Assembly: GCA_031414595.1 (NCBI GenBank)
Contig: JANNVX010000062.1
Span: 1 to 34,862 of the forward strand
Direction: 5' to 3'
DNA length: 34,862 bases
DNA from: Deinococcales bacterium
GTDB lineage: Bacteria; Deinococcota; Deinococci; Deinococcales; JAAFIG01
This document shows, in pieces, positions 9,632 to 20,800 of this stretch (position 1 is the stretch's first letter; the number at the start of each line of letters is the position of its first letter). The notes below the pieces were generated by a model that was given only the letters and a program-made list of their open reading frames with translations, did no database searches and was not told the origin of the DNA. Made by a program: the position numbers and the translations under genes.

Positions 9632-10339
9632 ATGGCAAACGAAAAGGTTGTTCCGTTTTTTCCAACTGCGAACTTAAAAACCACACTCGAGTTTTACACC
9701 ATGCTGGGTTTTGCGGTTCTGTACGAGCAGCACGCGCCTTATCCGTATGGCAGTGTGGCACTCGAGAATATCCAAGTTGATTTTTTTGTCAATAAATCCA
9801 TAGCTTTAAATCAGGAATCTGGGCATATGTGTTTGGTTGTTGTGACCAACATAGACCAGCTTCATGCAGCATTCTCGAGTCAAATTAAAAAGACCTTTGG
9901 TAAGCAATTACGCAGTGGCATTCCACGCATGAGCAGCTTAAATGATGGGGTAAGCAATGACCGTCGGTTTAATTTGCTTGACCCCTCAGGGAATCGGTTC
10001 ACCTTTATTCAAGTTGGAAAAAAGACTCCGAAAGCAACAAAAAGCAGTTCGCCAATGGCTCGAGCCGTTAAGGGTGCAAAACAGTATGCGTACTCAAAGG
10101 AAGACCCAAAGTTGGCAGCCGAGTATTTAGACAAAGCCCTCGAGAAAGCCAGTGCTGAAAGCCTTATGGTTCGGTTTCAAGCCTTTGTGCTTCGGGCAGA
10201 TATTGCTGCAATGCTAGAGGATGCCGCAACGCTCGAGAAGTACGTGCTGGCGGCAAAAAACTTAAGTCTCGAGGAAATGGATGAAGTCGCTGCGGACGTA
10301 CAGCGCTTAGCAGAACTCGAGGAAATTCTGAATCTGTAA
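9632..10339 (+). CDS. VOC/glyoxalase/bleomycin-resistance family protein with helical C-terminal extension
   Basis: TLEFYTMLGF and RFNLLDPSGNRFTF motifs. AGGAGG RBS. Confidence 0.75.
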   Translation: MANEKVVPFFPTANLKTTLEFYTMLGFAVLYEQHAPYPYGSVALENIQVDFFVNKSIALNQESGHMCLVVVTNIDQLHAAFSSQIKKTFGKQLRSGIPRMSSLNDGVSNDRRFNLLDPSGNRFTFIQVGKKTPKATKSSSPMARAVKGAKQYAYSKEDPKLAAEYLDKALEKASAESLMVRFQAFVLRADIAAMLEDAATLEKYVLAAKNLSLEEMDEVAADVQRLAELEEILNL

Positions 10340-10400
10340 AGCCAGTGTTTATGAATTATTAGTTTAACAGGATACAGAATATAAACATTGATATTTTTAC

Positions 10401-10429
10401 TTGACATAATAAATGATTCCTTTTATCAT
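10401..10429 (+). promoter_or_regulatory. Sigma70-type promoter upstream of uvrA-like gene
   Basis: TTGACA-17 bp-TATCAT in an AT-rich intergenic region. Confidence 0.7.
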
Positions 10430-10536
10430 GTCTTTGTTCTAAATGAACCATGAATTATTCTCGAGAAACACCTGTCTAAAATCGCTCATGCTCTTGGTTA
10501 AACAGATTGCCAAGACAACCTCAACTTGGAGTTTTC

Positions 10537-12774
10537 ATGACTGAACGAAATTTTATTCATATTCGTGGCGCAAGGGAAAACAACCTTAAAAATGTGTCCA
10601 TAGATATTCCCAAGAACCAAATCACAGTTTTTACGGGCGTGTCTGGCTCGGGGAAATCCAGTTTGGTCTTTGATACGATAGCCGCCGAAGCCCAGCGCCA
10701 ATTAAACGAAACCTTTACCAATTTTGTACAGGGCTTCTTGCCAAGTTATGGGCAACCCGATGTGGATTCAATCGAGAATCTTAATGCACCAATTGTCATC
10801 AATCAAAAACGGGTCGGTGGTGGTTCGCGCTCGACCATGGGAACATACACCGATATTGCTGGGCTGCTGCGCCTGCTGTTTTCTCGAGTCGGTGTTCCTT
10901 CGGCTGGAGCGCCATTTGTTTATTCGTTCAACACCCCGCAAGGCATGTGTCTCGAGTGTGAGGGGATTGGTAAGACTGTTCAGCTAGATTTGGAGCGCTT
11001 TCTTGACAAAACCAAGTCGTTAAACAGCGGAGCGTTGCTACATCCTGAATTTAAGGTTGGCAAATGGATTTGGAAAATTTATACAGAATCCAAATTTTTT
11101 GACAATGATAAGCCAATCGAGCAGTACACTCCTGAAGCAATGCAAATTTTGTTGTATGGAGCAGGAAATCATAAGGTTGCCTTCACTGATTTTAATTTGA
11201 AGTACGAAGGTTTAATCGAGCGTTTTAACCGTTCCTACATTGCCAAAGATGCAGCCGCCATGTCTGAGCGTAACCGTGCTATTTTTGAGCAATTTGTCAA
11301 TACCCAAGTCTGCCCAGTTTGTCATGGGGCAAGGCTGAACCAAGCCGCCCTCGAGTCTAAAATTGACAGTTTGAACATTGCCCAAATGTCTGACCTCGAG
11401 GCAACAAAACTGATTGAAGCCTTAAGCGGTTTAACCGACCCCACGGCGGTAAAAGTGGCGGCTAAACTCCTAGAACGCCTCGAGCATCTGGTACAAATTG
11501 GTTTGGGATATTTAAGCCTGAACCGTGAAACCACAACACTTTCGGGTGGTGAATCGCAACGGATTAAAATGATTCGGCATTTGGGAAACAGCTTAACCAA
11601 CATGCTTTATATTTTGGATGAACCAAGCGTCGGCTTACATGCCAGAGATGTGGCACGTTTAACGGGTTTACTGCGTCAATTGCGTGATAAAGGCAATACG
11701 GTATTGGTAGTCGAACATGACCCAGATGTGATTAGCATCGCAGACCATATTGTGGATATTGGACCTAAAGCTGGTTCGCACGGTGGGACAGTGGTTTTTC
11801 AAGGGACTGTAACCAAATTACTCGAGTCAGAAACTTTAACCGGACGATTCCTCAAACAAAACCTGCCCATCAAACAAAAAACCCGCCAAGCCACCGGGTT
11901 TCTCGAGATTAAAAATGCAAACTTAAATAACCTCAAAAATGTTTCGGTCAGTATTCCAATGGGTGTGTTTACGGTCGTGACGGGTGTGGCAGGAAGCGGT
12001 AAAAGTACACTGATTAACGATGTTTTTCTTATACAGCATCCAAACGCCATTGTCATAGACCAGTCTCGAGTCACCACTTCGGTGCGTTCTGCCCCAGCCA
12101 CCTACACGGGTATCATGGATGAGATTCGCAGTGTATTTGCCAAAGCCAATAAAGTCAGCCCATCACTATTTAGTTTTAACTCCTCGGGAAGCTGCCCAAA
12201 TTGTAACGGTCTGGGCGTGGTCTACACCGACCTTGCTTTTATGGAAGGCATCACTTCGCACTGCGAAGTCTGTGACGGCAAACGCTTTAAGCCCGAAGTT
12301 CTCGAGTACACGCTGCGCGGTAAAACCATTAGCGATGTTCTCGAGATGACGGTCGAAGATGCACTCGAGTATTTTACTGAAAAGAAAATCAAGGGAGTGG
12401 TACAAGCCATGTCCGATGTTGGACTTGGCTACTTAAAACTTGGGCAACCACTCAGTACCGTCTCGGGTGGCGAAGGGCAACGCCTCAAACTCGCCACCGA
12501 ACTGCACAAAGCGGGAACGGTTTACGTGATGGACGAACCAACTACGGGTTTGCATTTATCGGATATTGGGCAACTGATGAAAATAATAGATAAGCTGGTG
12601 GACGCGGGAAACACAGTTATTCTCATCGAGCATCATTTGGATGTGATTCGCCAAGCTGACTGGATTATAGACATCGGACCAGAGGGTGGAAAGGCTGGTG
12701 GACAAGTGCTGTTTGCTGGCAGACCAGAAGATTTACGGCTCGAGAATAGCTCGATTACGGCACAGTATTTATAG
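10537..12774 (+). CDS. UvrA-like ABC ATPase (class II UvrA2/DrrC type)
   Basis: Two Walker A motifs (GVSGSGKS, GVAGSGKS), LSGGE signature and CxxC zinc fingers. At ~745 aa it is shorter than canonical UvrA. GGAG RBS before ATG 10537. Confidence 0.88.
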   Translation: MTERNFIHIRGARENNLKNVSIDIPKNQITVFTGVSGSGKSSLVFDTIAAEAQRQLNETFTNFVQGFLPSYGQPDVDSIENLNAPIVINQKRVGGGSRSTMGTYTDIAGLLRLLFSRVGVPSAGAPFVYSFNTPQGMCLECEGIGKTVQLDLERFLDKTKSLNSGALLHPEFKVGKWIWKIYTESKFFDNDKPIEQYTPEAMQILLYGAGNHKVAFTDFNLKYEGLIERFNRSYIAKDAAAMSERNRAIFEQFVNTQVCPVCHGARLNQAALESKIDSLNIAQMSDLEATKLIEALSGLTDPTAVKVAAKLLERLEHLVQIGLGYLSLNRETTTLSGGESQRIKMIRHLGNSLTNMLYILDEPSVGLHARDVARLTGLLRQLRDKGNTVLVVEHDPDVISIADHIVDIGPKAGSHGGTVVFQGTVTKLLESETLTGRFLKQNLPIKQKTRQATGFLEIKNANLNNLKNVSVSIPMGVFTVVTGVAGSGKSTLINDVFLIQHPNAIVIDQSRVTTSVRSAPATYTGIMDEIRSVFAKANKVSPSLFSFNSSGSCPNCNGLGVVYTDLAFMEGITSHCEVCDGKRFKPEVLEYTLRGKTISDVLEMTVEDALEYFTEKKIKGVVQAMSDVGLGYLKLGQPLSTVSGGEGQRLKLATELHKAGTVYVMDEPTTGLHLSDIGQLMKIIDKLVDAGNTVILIEHHLDVIRQADWIIDIGPEGGKAGGQVLFAGRPEDLRLENSSITAQYL

Positions 12775-12905
12775 CCACTAATAGCAGAATGCGCCAAGCT
12801 GAGTTCTCAAAAAGTGTACTCTACAGATTGGGACAAGACCGCCGATGAACCCGTCTGTGATGTGGTTTTCGCCCTCGAGTAAAAATGGATTTGAAAGGAA
12901 TAATC

Positions 12906-13403
12906 ATGAGTACAACGAAACCAAAAATTGACACTCGAGCAGCACAACATACTGTTGGCATTCGGGTTCAAGTACCGATGAGCGCGTTTGATGATGTGAT
13001 TCCGCAATTATTAAACGAAGTTTTGGGCTGGTTGGGTCAAAAAGGGATTGCCCCTACAGGAGCGCCATTGATGCGTTTTCATGTGATCAACATGGAGCAT
13101 GACATGGACATCGAAATTGGTGTGCCTGTTGCACAATCTTTAGCCACAGAGGGTCGTCTGATTGCCAGTAAGATTCCAGCCGGTCGGTATGCTTGGCTGA
13201 TTTATACAGGCAGAGACAATGGGTATGCGGGCAATAAGGTTTTGATTGATTGGGCAGTCGAGCAAGGGCTTTATTTTGATCGGTGGGAAGTTGCAACAGG
13301 TGATGCGTTTCGTGCGCGGTACGAATCTTTTCTGACCGACCCAAACGATGAGTCAGACCACACACGTTGGGAAACCGAAGTCGCTATTCGTCTGGCAGAT
13401 TAG
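12906..13403 (+). CDS. GyrI-like small-molecule-binding domain protein
   Basis: GAPLMRFH, IEIGVPV, IPAGRYA and WETEVAIRL motifs. AAAGGA RBS before ATG 12906. Confidence 0.82.
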   Translation: MSTTKPKIDTRAAQHTVGIRVQVPMSAFDDVIPQLLNEVLGWLGQKGIAPTGAPLMRFHVINMEHDMDIEIGVPVAQSLATEGRLIASKIPAGRYAWLIYTGRDNGYAGNKVLIDWAVEQGLYFDRWEVATGDAFRARYESFLTDPNDESDHTRWETEVAIRLAD

Positions 13404-13480
13404 TTTTTTTGTTGAGTCCACATAACGCCACGCCCTACAACTTTCCAAGCCAAAGCCAAATACGGTAGGCTAGGGCTGTT

Positions 13481-14368
13481 GTGCTTAGCGCCCTACTCGA
13501 TGTGATTTTGCCTGTGCTGGTGGTGGTGGCAGTTGGGGCTGCCATTGGGCGTTTTCTAAAACCCGATGCCAATACAGTTGCTAAAGTGACACTCTATGCG
13601 CTTTCCCCAAGTTTAGCCCTGTACAACCTTGCCCATAGCCAAGCCAACCTGACCAGTGCGCTTAAAATTGTGCTTGGTTATATTTTATTTGTGCTGATTA
13701 TGGGTCGGGTCACATGGCTCTCGAGCCGAGACCAAACCGACGAAACCCGTCGGGCAATGGTGGCTGGGGTGATTACTGGCAACAATGGTAATTTTGGTTT
13801 ACCGATTGCTTTATTTGCTTTTGGCAAACCCGGTCTCGAGTTGGCGCTGGTGGTTTTTACGATCAGTGTTTTTATGACCTTTGTGGTTACACCAAGCGTC
13901 TTAAAGGATGGCAGTTGGCGCTCTAAGGTACGCACGGTTTTTGCCTTGCCTCTGGTTTGGGCGGCGCTGCTTGGGGTAACACTGAATTCTTTGGGCATTA
14001 AAATCCCTGTTGGGCTTGACCGAGGCATAGCGCTTCTTGCCGAGGCTGCCGTGCCAATGCTTTTAATCAGTTTGGGGTTACAAATTGGGAGCAGTGGCTT
14101 TCCAGTGCCGACTCGAGCCATGATTAGAGCCGTGGCATTGCGTTTGGTCTTAGGTCCTTGTGTGGCGCTTTTTGTGGCTTGGTTGGTTGGCGCAACCGGT
14201 CTCGAGCGCGGAGTTCTGGTTTTATCTTCTGCCATGCCCACTGCAATCAATGCTTTTTTGGTTGCCCAAGAACTGAAAGCCGATGCCAAACTGATTGGTG
14301 GGATTGTTATTTTAACCACCCTGCTGAGTATTCCAGTGATTGCTTTGGTGGTCACACTGCTGCGTTAA
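13481..14368 (+). CDS. AEC (auxin efflux carrier) family transporter
   Basis: Multiple TM helices, NNGNFGLP and SAMPTAIN motifs. Confidence 0.9.
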   Translation: MLSALLDVILPVLVVVAVGAAIGRFLKPDANTVAKVTLYALSPSLALYNLAHSQANLTSALKIVLGYILFVLIMGRVTWLSSRDQTDETRRAMVAGVITGNNGNFGLPIALFAFGKPGLELALVVFTISVFMTFVVTPSVLKDGSWRSKVRTVFALPLVWAALLGVTLNSLGIKIPVGLDRGIALLAEAAVPMLLISLGLQIGSSGFPVPTRAMIRAVALRLVLGPCVALFVAWLVGATGLERGVLVLSSAMPTAINAFLVAQELKADAKLIGGIVILTTLLSIPVIALVVTLLR

Positions 14369-14410
14369 GTATCTCACGCTTTCCTTGACCATATAGTTAG
14401 ATTTTCCATG

Positions 14411-14433
14411 TGAGGTGCTTAACAAGCGCCTCA
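14411..14433. terminator. Stem-loop downstream of AEC transporter (possible terminator)
   Basis: TGAGGTGCTT-aac-AAGCGCCTCA. No clear U-tail. Confidence 0.4.
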
Positions 14434-14573
14434 TACACTCGAGTACGCTTCAATATGGTTTCCTGAACTCGAGTTTGCTTTGTGTTTTTAGTACCTTTAG
14501 ACACATATTTTTTGTAACCCCTATTCTTGAGATGCACCCGTAAAAACGAAGCTGTAAACTACTGCGCCCTAAG

Positions 14574-14630
14574 TCTGTACGAGACTCACATCGGTCATCT
14601 GTACGAGACTCACATCGGTCATCTGTACGA
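14574..14630. repeat. 24-bp tandem repeat, about 2.4 copies
   Basis: TCTGTACGAGACTCACATCGGTCA twice, followed by TCTGTACGA. Confidence 0.95.
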
Positions 14631-14660
14631 TTTGCATATTGACGGGTTATGCTACCACCC

Positions 14661-15221
14661 ATGATTCAACCCGATTGGTGGATTCGCCAGAAAGCCCTCG
14701 AAGAAGGCATGATCGAACCTTTTTCTGACCGCCAAGTTCGCAGTGGAGAAAATGGCGGGATTATTAGTTATGGAGTCTCGAGTTTTGGTTATGATCTTCG
14801 GGCGGCTCGGGAATGGAAAATTTTTGTTAATGCCTTTAATACCGTGGTCGACCCAAAGAACTTTGACCCTCGAGCCTTTATTGATTTTGAGGGCGATGAA
14901 GTGATTATCCCGCCCAATAGTTTTGTTTTGGCGCGGAGTGTCGAGTACATGCGAATTCCAGACAATGTGATGGTTGTGGCACTGGGCAAGTCAACTTATG
15001 CCAGAGTAGGCATCGTCGCCAACGTAACACCTTTAGAACCCGGCTGGGAAGGACACGTTACTTTAGAATTTAGCAACACCACCCCGCTTCCCGCAAAAAT
15101 GTATGCCAACGAAGGTTGTGTGCAGTTGCTGTTCTTTGAAGGACCAAGACCCGAAGTGACCTACCGTGACCGTGCGGGTAAGTATCAGGGTCAGACAGGT
15201 GTGACCCTACCCCGTCTATGA
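14661..15221 (+). CDS. dcd: dCTP deaminase
   Basis: [30 protein letters not shown] and KYQGQ motifs. TATGCT -10 lies 7 nt before ATG 14661. Confidence 0.96.
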   Translation: MIQPDWWIRQKALEEGMIEPFSDRQVRSGENGGIISYGVSSFGYDLRAAREWKIFVNAFNTVVDPKNFDPRAFIDFEGDEVIIPPNSFVLARSVEYMRIPDNVMVVALGKSTYARVGIVANVTPLEPGWEGHVTLEFSNTTPLPAKMYANEGCVQLLFFEGPRPEVTYRDRAGKYQGQTGVTLPRL

Positions 15222-15256
15222 GGGTTCAACCTACCCCGTCTGTGAGGCAGGGTTCA
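15206..15256. repeat. Imperfect tandem duplication of the dcd 3' end
   Basis: CCTACCCCGTCTATGAGGGTTCAA followed by CCTACCCCGTCTGTGAGGcaGGGTTCAA. Confidence 0.85.
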
Positions 15257-15288
15257 AAAAGTCTTAGCAACACGGTACACTCGAGAAC

Positions 15289-16383
15289 GTGAACCAACTC
15301 ACCCCAGAGATAACAGAAGAATTTATTGCTTTGCTGCGTGAAGCCGTACAAATTCAGAGCCACAGTACCCAAGAAGCCGATGTTAGCCGTTACTTGGTGC
15401 GCTGGATGCACAAACGTGGTTTCAAAGCCGAAATGGATGGGGCTGGCAATGCTGTCGGGTCTCGAGGGACTGGGACCAAAGAAATTGTTTTGCTTGGGCA
15501 TATTGATACAGTCACTGGCGAAATTCCGGTGCGGATTGAAGCCAATCAGGATGGGCAACTCGAGTTATGGGGTCGGGGCAGCGTAGATGCCAAAGGTCCT
15601 TTTTGTACTTTTGTGGCGGCGGTCAGTTTGTTGTCAGATACCGCCCTCGAGAAAGCCAAATTTATTTGTGTTGGCGCAGTTGAAGAAGAAGCACCCTCGA
15701 GCAAAGGGGCGCACCATGCCATCAGTAAGTACACCCCTGCCTACTGCATTATTGGTGAACCGAGTGGTTTTGATACGGTTACACTCGGCTATAAAGGCAG
15801 ATTGATTATCAGGGCGCGTATCGAAAAAGATAATTTCCACAGCGCGGGTTCAGACAGTACCGCCCCCGAGGACATGATTCGCTTTTTTGGGGCGCTCGAG
15901 ACATGGGCAACGGCTTTTAATCAAGACCAACGGCTTTTTGATAGTGTCCAAGTGGCATTACAAGCCATCTCGAGCAGCAACGATGGTTTGCGCCAAACCT
16001 GCGAAGCCACAATTGGTTTGCGCTTGCCGCCGCGTCTCAATCCAGATGATGCAATGCGGCAACTCGAGCGGGTGCGATTGGAGCAGAACGGTTTACGAAT
16101 CAATTACACTGGGCGTGAAGAACCCTACCGAGGTGCAAAAGATACCCCCCTGACTCGAGCTTTTCGGGTTGCGATGCGGGCAAGGGGGATTCAACCACAA
16201 CTGACGCTCAAAACGGGGACTGCTGATATGAATGTGGTTGCACCGCTCTGGGATTGTCCGATTTTGGCATATGGTCCTGGCGACAGCACCCTAGACCATA
16301 CGCCAACCGAACGTTTACTAATAGAGGAGTACCTGACAGCAATTTTGGTCTTGCGTGATGCCTTAGAGCGTTTGGTGGTGTAG
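15289..16383 (+). CDS. lysK: [LysW]-lysine hydrolase (M20 family)
   Basis: [35 protein letters not shown] and [12 protein letters not shown] motifs. Confidence 0.9.
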   Translation: MNQLTPEITEEFIALLREAVQIQSHSTQEADVSRYLVRWMHKRGFKAEMDGAGNAVGSRGTGTKEIVLLGHIDTVTGEIPVRIEANQDGQLELWGRGSVDAKGPFCTFVAAVSLLSDTALEKAKFICVGAVEEEAPSSKGAHHAISKYTPAYCIIGEPSGFDTVTLGYKGRLIIRARIEKDNFHSAGSDSTAPEDMIRFFGALETWATAFNQDQRLFDSVQVALQAISSSNDGLRQTCEATIGLRLPPRLNPDDAMRQLERVRLEQNGLRINYTGREEPYRGAKDTPLTRAFRVAMRARGIQPQLTLKTGTADMNVVAPLWDCPILAYGPGDSTLDHTPTERLLIEEYLTAILVLRDALERLVV

Positions 16384-16434
16384 TTTAAGCACTTAAAGTC
16401 ATATTTTTACCCGAACTAGATTAAACTCTAAGCC

Positions 16435-17058
16435 ATGCAGCCCCTCGAGACCCGCAAAGAATATACCCAAGGAACACTGGAAAAAGAATCTCTGTTAGGA
16501 AATCCACTCGAGCAACTTACAGTGTGGTTACAAGAAGCCAGTGCTGCAAATATCCTCGAGCCGAACGGTATGACGATTTGCACCGTCCGAAATAACCGTC
16601 CCTCGAGCCGCGTGGTACTGCTGCGCGGCATAGACTCTGGCTTGGTTTTTTACACCAACTATTTATCCAAAAAAGGCACAGATACTGCCGCCAATGCCAA
16701 TGCCAGTGCTGGTTTTTGGTGGGCAAGTTTAGAGCGCCAAGTGCGAATCGAAGGGACTTTACAAAAAGTCTCGAGCGCCGAATCTGATGCCTACTTTGCC
16801 AGCCGTCCGTATGAGTCTCAACTTGCCAGTGCTGCCAGCCCACAAAGCCAAACAATCGAACGTCAGACATTAGAGCAACTGGTCACAGACTTACGCCAAA
16901 AGCACCCAGAAACCATGCCCCGTCCCGAGCATTGGGGCGGATATAGATTAAACCCGGATTACTTTGAATTTTGGCAAGGCAGAAAAGCCAGACTCCATGA
17001 CCGTATTGTCTACAATCTCGAGCATGGCGAGTGGACTAAACAACGCCTTGCGCCTTAA
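16435..17058 (+). CDS. pdxH: Pyridoxamine 5'-phosphate oxidase
   Basis: RVVLLR, FYTNYLSKKG, RQVRIEG, EFWQGRKARLHDR and RLAP motifs. Confidence 0.96.
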   Translation: MQPLETRKEYTQGTLEKESLLGNPLEQLTVWLQEASAANILEPNGMTICTVRNNRPSSRVVLLRGIDSGLVFYTNYLSKKGTDTAANANASAGFWWASLERQVRIEGTLQKVSSAESDAYFASRPYESQLASAASPQSQTIERQTLEQLVTDLRQKHPETMPRPEHWGGYRLNPDYFEFWQGRKARLHDRIVYNLEHGEWTKQRLAP

Positions 17059-17109
17059 CACCCTCGAGACCCGCTTTTCTCAAAGCTCATAGCCCAAAGC
17101 AAAATAATC

Positions 17110-17841
17110 TTAGTTTTGACTATACAAACGTCCTTCTCGAGCCAATCTGTCGCGCCGAGCCGCATAATCTGGCATGATTTGGCGCAGCACCAACCAAAAT
17201 TCGGCGGAGTGATTTGGAACTCTTAAATGACAGAGTTCATGGGCAATCACATAATCAAACAAACTTTGTGGGGCTTTAACAATTCGCCAATTCAAACGCA
17301 ATTCGCCTTTTTGGTTACAACTGCCCCAACGCCCTTGTTGTTCTCGAATCAGAATAATTGGTGCTTGTATCCCAAGTCTTTTTGCCCAATACACCACTCG
17401 AGCCGTGGCATGGTCAAGCGCTTGGGCAATGTACCACTGCTTGAGCAACAAGGCTGCATGTTCATCGCTGCAAGCGTGTAACTCGAGGATACGACCACGC
17501 AAGACAACACCTAGATTTGAAGTGGTGAAACGTTTTAAGATAAAGCGGTCGCCGTAAAGCCGTACACTTTCCCCACTGATAAAACACTTAGGTGGGTCGG
17601 TTCTGGCTTGTAAGCGTTTTAAGCGCTGCTGCTGTTCGAGAATACCTTGGGCTTTATGACGTACCAAAGCGTGTAAACCAGCCAATGGAGCGGCTTGTGG
17701 TGCTTTAACCGTTATACCAACCGCACTGACTTTGATGCTGATGGTTTTCTGGCGTTGACTGCGTTGCACCACAAATTCTATCGGATACGCCCCAACCATG
17801 ACCCGTTCAATGGGAACATCAACCATGACCCGTTCGGTCAT
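17110..17841 (-). CDS. M48/YgjP-like (DUF45) metallopeptidase associated with type I R-M
   Basis: RWGSC, LNWR and YVIAHELCHL (HExxH)..NHS..FW motifs. Overlaps the hsdR stop. Confidence 0.9.
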   Translation of the reverse strand: MTERVMVDVPIERVMVGAYPIEFVVQRSQRQKTISIKVSAVGITVKAPQAAPLAGLHALVRHKAQGILEQQQRLKRLQARTDPPKCFISGESVRLYGDRFILKRFTTSNLGVVLRGRILELHACSDEHAALLLKQWYIAQALDHATARVVYWAKRLGIQAPIILIREQQGRWGSCNQKGELRLNWRIVKAPQSLFDYVIAHELCHLRVPNHSAEFWLVLRQIMPDYAARRDRLAREGRLYSQN

Positions 17842-20800
17842 TGTCCTAACCTTGACTGCGCCACATCCATGATTTGACCCACCAGTGGCTCGAGTTGGTC
17901 TTTTCCTAAAGTGGTACTTCGCAATTCACGGCGCAACTGCCGACGCATTTCGCGTTTAACATCTTCTTTGGCTAACCAGTCCACCACCACCAAATTCTTA
18001 ATGATTTGCTCGAATTGTCGGGCTAAATCTGGCAAAGCCACACCAGCCGCCTCGAGCAGATTAAAAAACGCTTCAGCATTGGCACTTAAACCCAGTTCTT
18101 TAGCCCGATGCACAGGCGCATTGCGTAAACGCTCGATTAGCTCGCGCAACGCCGTCACTTGCGCTACAGCATCCGTGCGCCCATCGCGGCGCGAGCGAAT
18201 AATGTCTTCTAAGCGTTCACGCAAAGAAGCATAAAACACTGGGTTTTGTGGAAATTTGGCAATAATTTCCGCGTCTGCCGCATGAGCCATCTCGAGGGCT
18301 TGGGCTTCGGGCGATTGCAAATTTTGCACTGCTTGATCAAACTGCGCCGATAAAATATCGATGGGCGCAACCACTTGGTAAACACCATCTGCCAGAATAC
18401 TATCGTCTATCAGTTTACGAATTTTAGGCGCAATACCAGACCAATCGGGTTGGCTTTGGCGGTCTATCACCACCCGAGCCTCCAAGCGCACTCGAGCCAA
18501 CCACTTAAAATCTGCTAAGTACGGCTCGGAATCCTTATGTGGCATCAAGGCGTTAAGGGAACGGGCAAAGCGCTTAAAGGCTGTTTCAAATTCCTGTCGG
18601 CGCAGCGCATCGCCCAGCAGCAACAGGGCTTGGGTATTGGGGATTTGTCGCCCAGCAAAAACCCGCATGGTTGCCAGATGATGATTTCTGAGTTCATCGA
18701 GTAACTGCGAATGCGGACGCATCACTTCTTGTAAATCCGACGGGTCAAAAATACTCAAAGCATCGCGTAAGTCGTCGGTCACACCCCAATAATCCACCAC
18801 AAAACCACGGTCTTTGCCCTCGGCAATGCGGTTGACCCGCGCAATGGCTTGCAACAAGGTATGTTCACGCAAAGGCTTATCCAAATAAAGCACCTGCTCG
18901 AGCGGCGCATCAAAACCCGTCAAGAGCATATCCACGACAATCAAAAACTTAACTGGGTCTTCGGGGTCTTTTTTGAAACGCTCGAGTAAATTGTTAAGTT
19001 CGCCATCCGAGCGCATAAACGGCGCAAAATCTGGTTCGTTTTTATTGGCGGTAAAGACCACCTCTGAAGGCGGCGCACCGAATTCATCCAAGGCTTTTTT
19101 GTACTTAACCGCGATTTCCCTCGAAGCCACAACAATCTGGGCTTTGAAATTGTTCGGCGCAATAAAGGCTTCAAAGTGCTTAATGATGTCCAAAGCAATC
19201 GCCCGAACTCGAGCCGGCGCACCCGCCACTGCTTCGATGGTAGCAAAATGGGCTTTGATTTCTTCGCGTTTATCAAGTTCATAATCCGAGAACCAACGCT
19301 CGAAGACCTCATCTATCGAAAAACGAGTCACACTAAAAGTCTCTAAGTCGCGTCCTTCATAATAAATTGGTACAGTCGCCCCATCCCGTACCGCCTCGAG
19401 CATCGTGTATTTATCAATGTACGCCCCAAATTTATGCAGCGTATTGCGGTCTTTTTTATCAATTGGCGTACCCGTAAAAGCAATAAAGACCGCGTTCGGT
19501 AGCGCCGCCCGCATACTGGTCGCCAGTAAGCCATACTGTGTACGGTGGGCTTCGTCCACCAAAGCAAAAACATTGCTCGAGTTATTGACTAAGCCCTTAG
19601 CCACAGCATCTTGAAATTTCTGCACTGTGGTCATGATGGTAGAACCGACGCGTGCTTTGAGGAGTTCGCGTAGCTCCCGCACGGTCTTGGCGCGTTGCGG
19701 CAATGCCAAACCCGCCCCAAGAAACACACCAACAATCTGTTTATCTAAGTCTATGCGGTCTGTGACCATAATCAGCACAGGATTTTGCAACCCCAAGCGC
19801 GTCTGACGCAACTTTGCCGCTAACCAGACCATGGTTAAAGACTTCCCCGAGCCTTGGGTATGCCAAATCACCCCACCGCGCTCGGTTGGCTCGAGTCGCC
19901 ACGAACCAGAACGCGCCAAGGTATGGGTCTGAGAACTAAAAAAGTCATCTGCCCCAATCACCCGACGCGCCGAACGATCCACCGCCACACGCTGCTGATG
20001 CCGCGCCAGTTTACGAATCCGCCGCCGTTCCTCGGTTTCAAAAACAGTGTACAACTCGGTGAATTCCAGTAGATTTTCGGGCGCAAAAACACTATACAAC
20101 AGCACATCCTGCGCCGTGGGCTGCTGACCAATTGGTAAACCCATTGCCATCCCCAACCACTCGAGACTGCGAGGATACGAATCTGGAAAAGGCGCAAAGT
20201 ACCGCGCTGGCGCACCCACCGCCGCATAAACCGCCGCCTCACGGCAAATCACACCAAGCACCTGAACACTGGCAAAAGCCCGAGGTGCGGGTAAAGCCTT
20301 AAATTCACCCAAACCCTGATAACGCTCGAGTTGCCGCAAACCCTTCGCCAATGCCAGTTCTGTACCATCCACAAAATCTTTGCACTCGAGAATTGCCAGT
20401 AAAATCCCATTAACAAACAACGCAATATCCGGCACAACCAAATTAGGATCAGCCACATCCTCGGCACTCGAACGCCAAATCCGAAATTCGTCGGTGACCA
20501 CAAAATCATTCTTTCTAGGGGAATCAAAATCAATAAACTGCGCCACCCGACTGGGCAGACCATCAAAATCACCCTGAATCGGTAAGCCCCGAGTCAGCAT
20601 GGTGTGCAATTCTTCGTTGCCCTCGAGTAAACCCGTGGCATTGGGTTGAGTTAGTCGCCGCACGGCATACGCCAAATGCTCGGGCAGCAACCACGGATTG
20701 AGTTCTAATAATTTTTGTTCAAGCACCGAGCCAAGCCAAACACTGCGTTTGGAATCCCGAGGCAACACTGAAGCTGGCAGATACCGCCAACCCAAAGACT

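Noticed and set aside
13424-13438. AACGCCACGCCCTAC, half of a GTAG-type REP
   Set aside because: Only one arm remains, which is too degenerate to call.
14574-14630. Possible mini CRISPR array
   Set aside because: The repeats are directly adjacent with no unique spacers, and no cas operon is present.
16442-17074. 14-bp direct repeat CCCTCGAGACCCGC at both ends of pdxH as an att site
   Set aside because: Its core is the hyper-abundant CTCGAG, it does not bracket the island, and no integrase is present.
17793-17835. 16-bp direct repeat at the start of the M48 gene (ERVMV twice)
   Set aside because: A small in-frame local duplication with no evident function.
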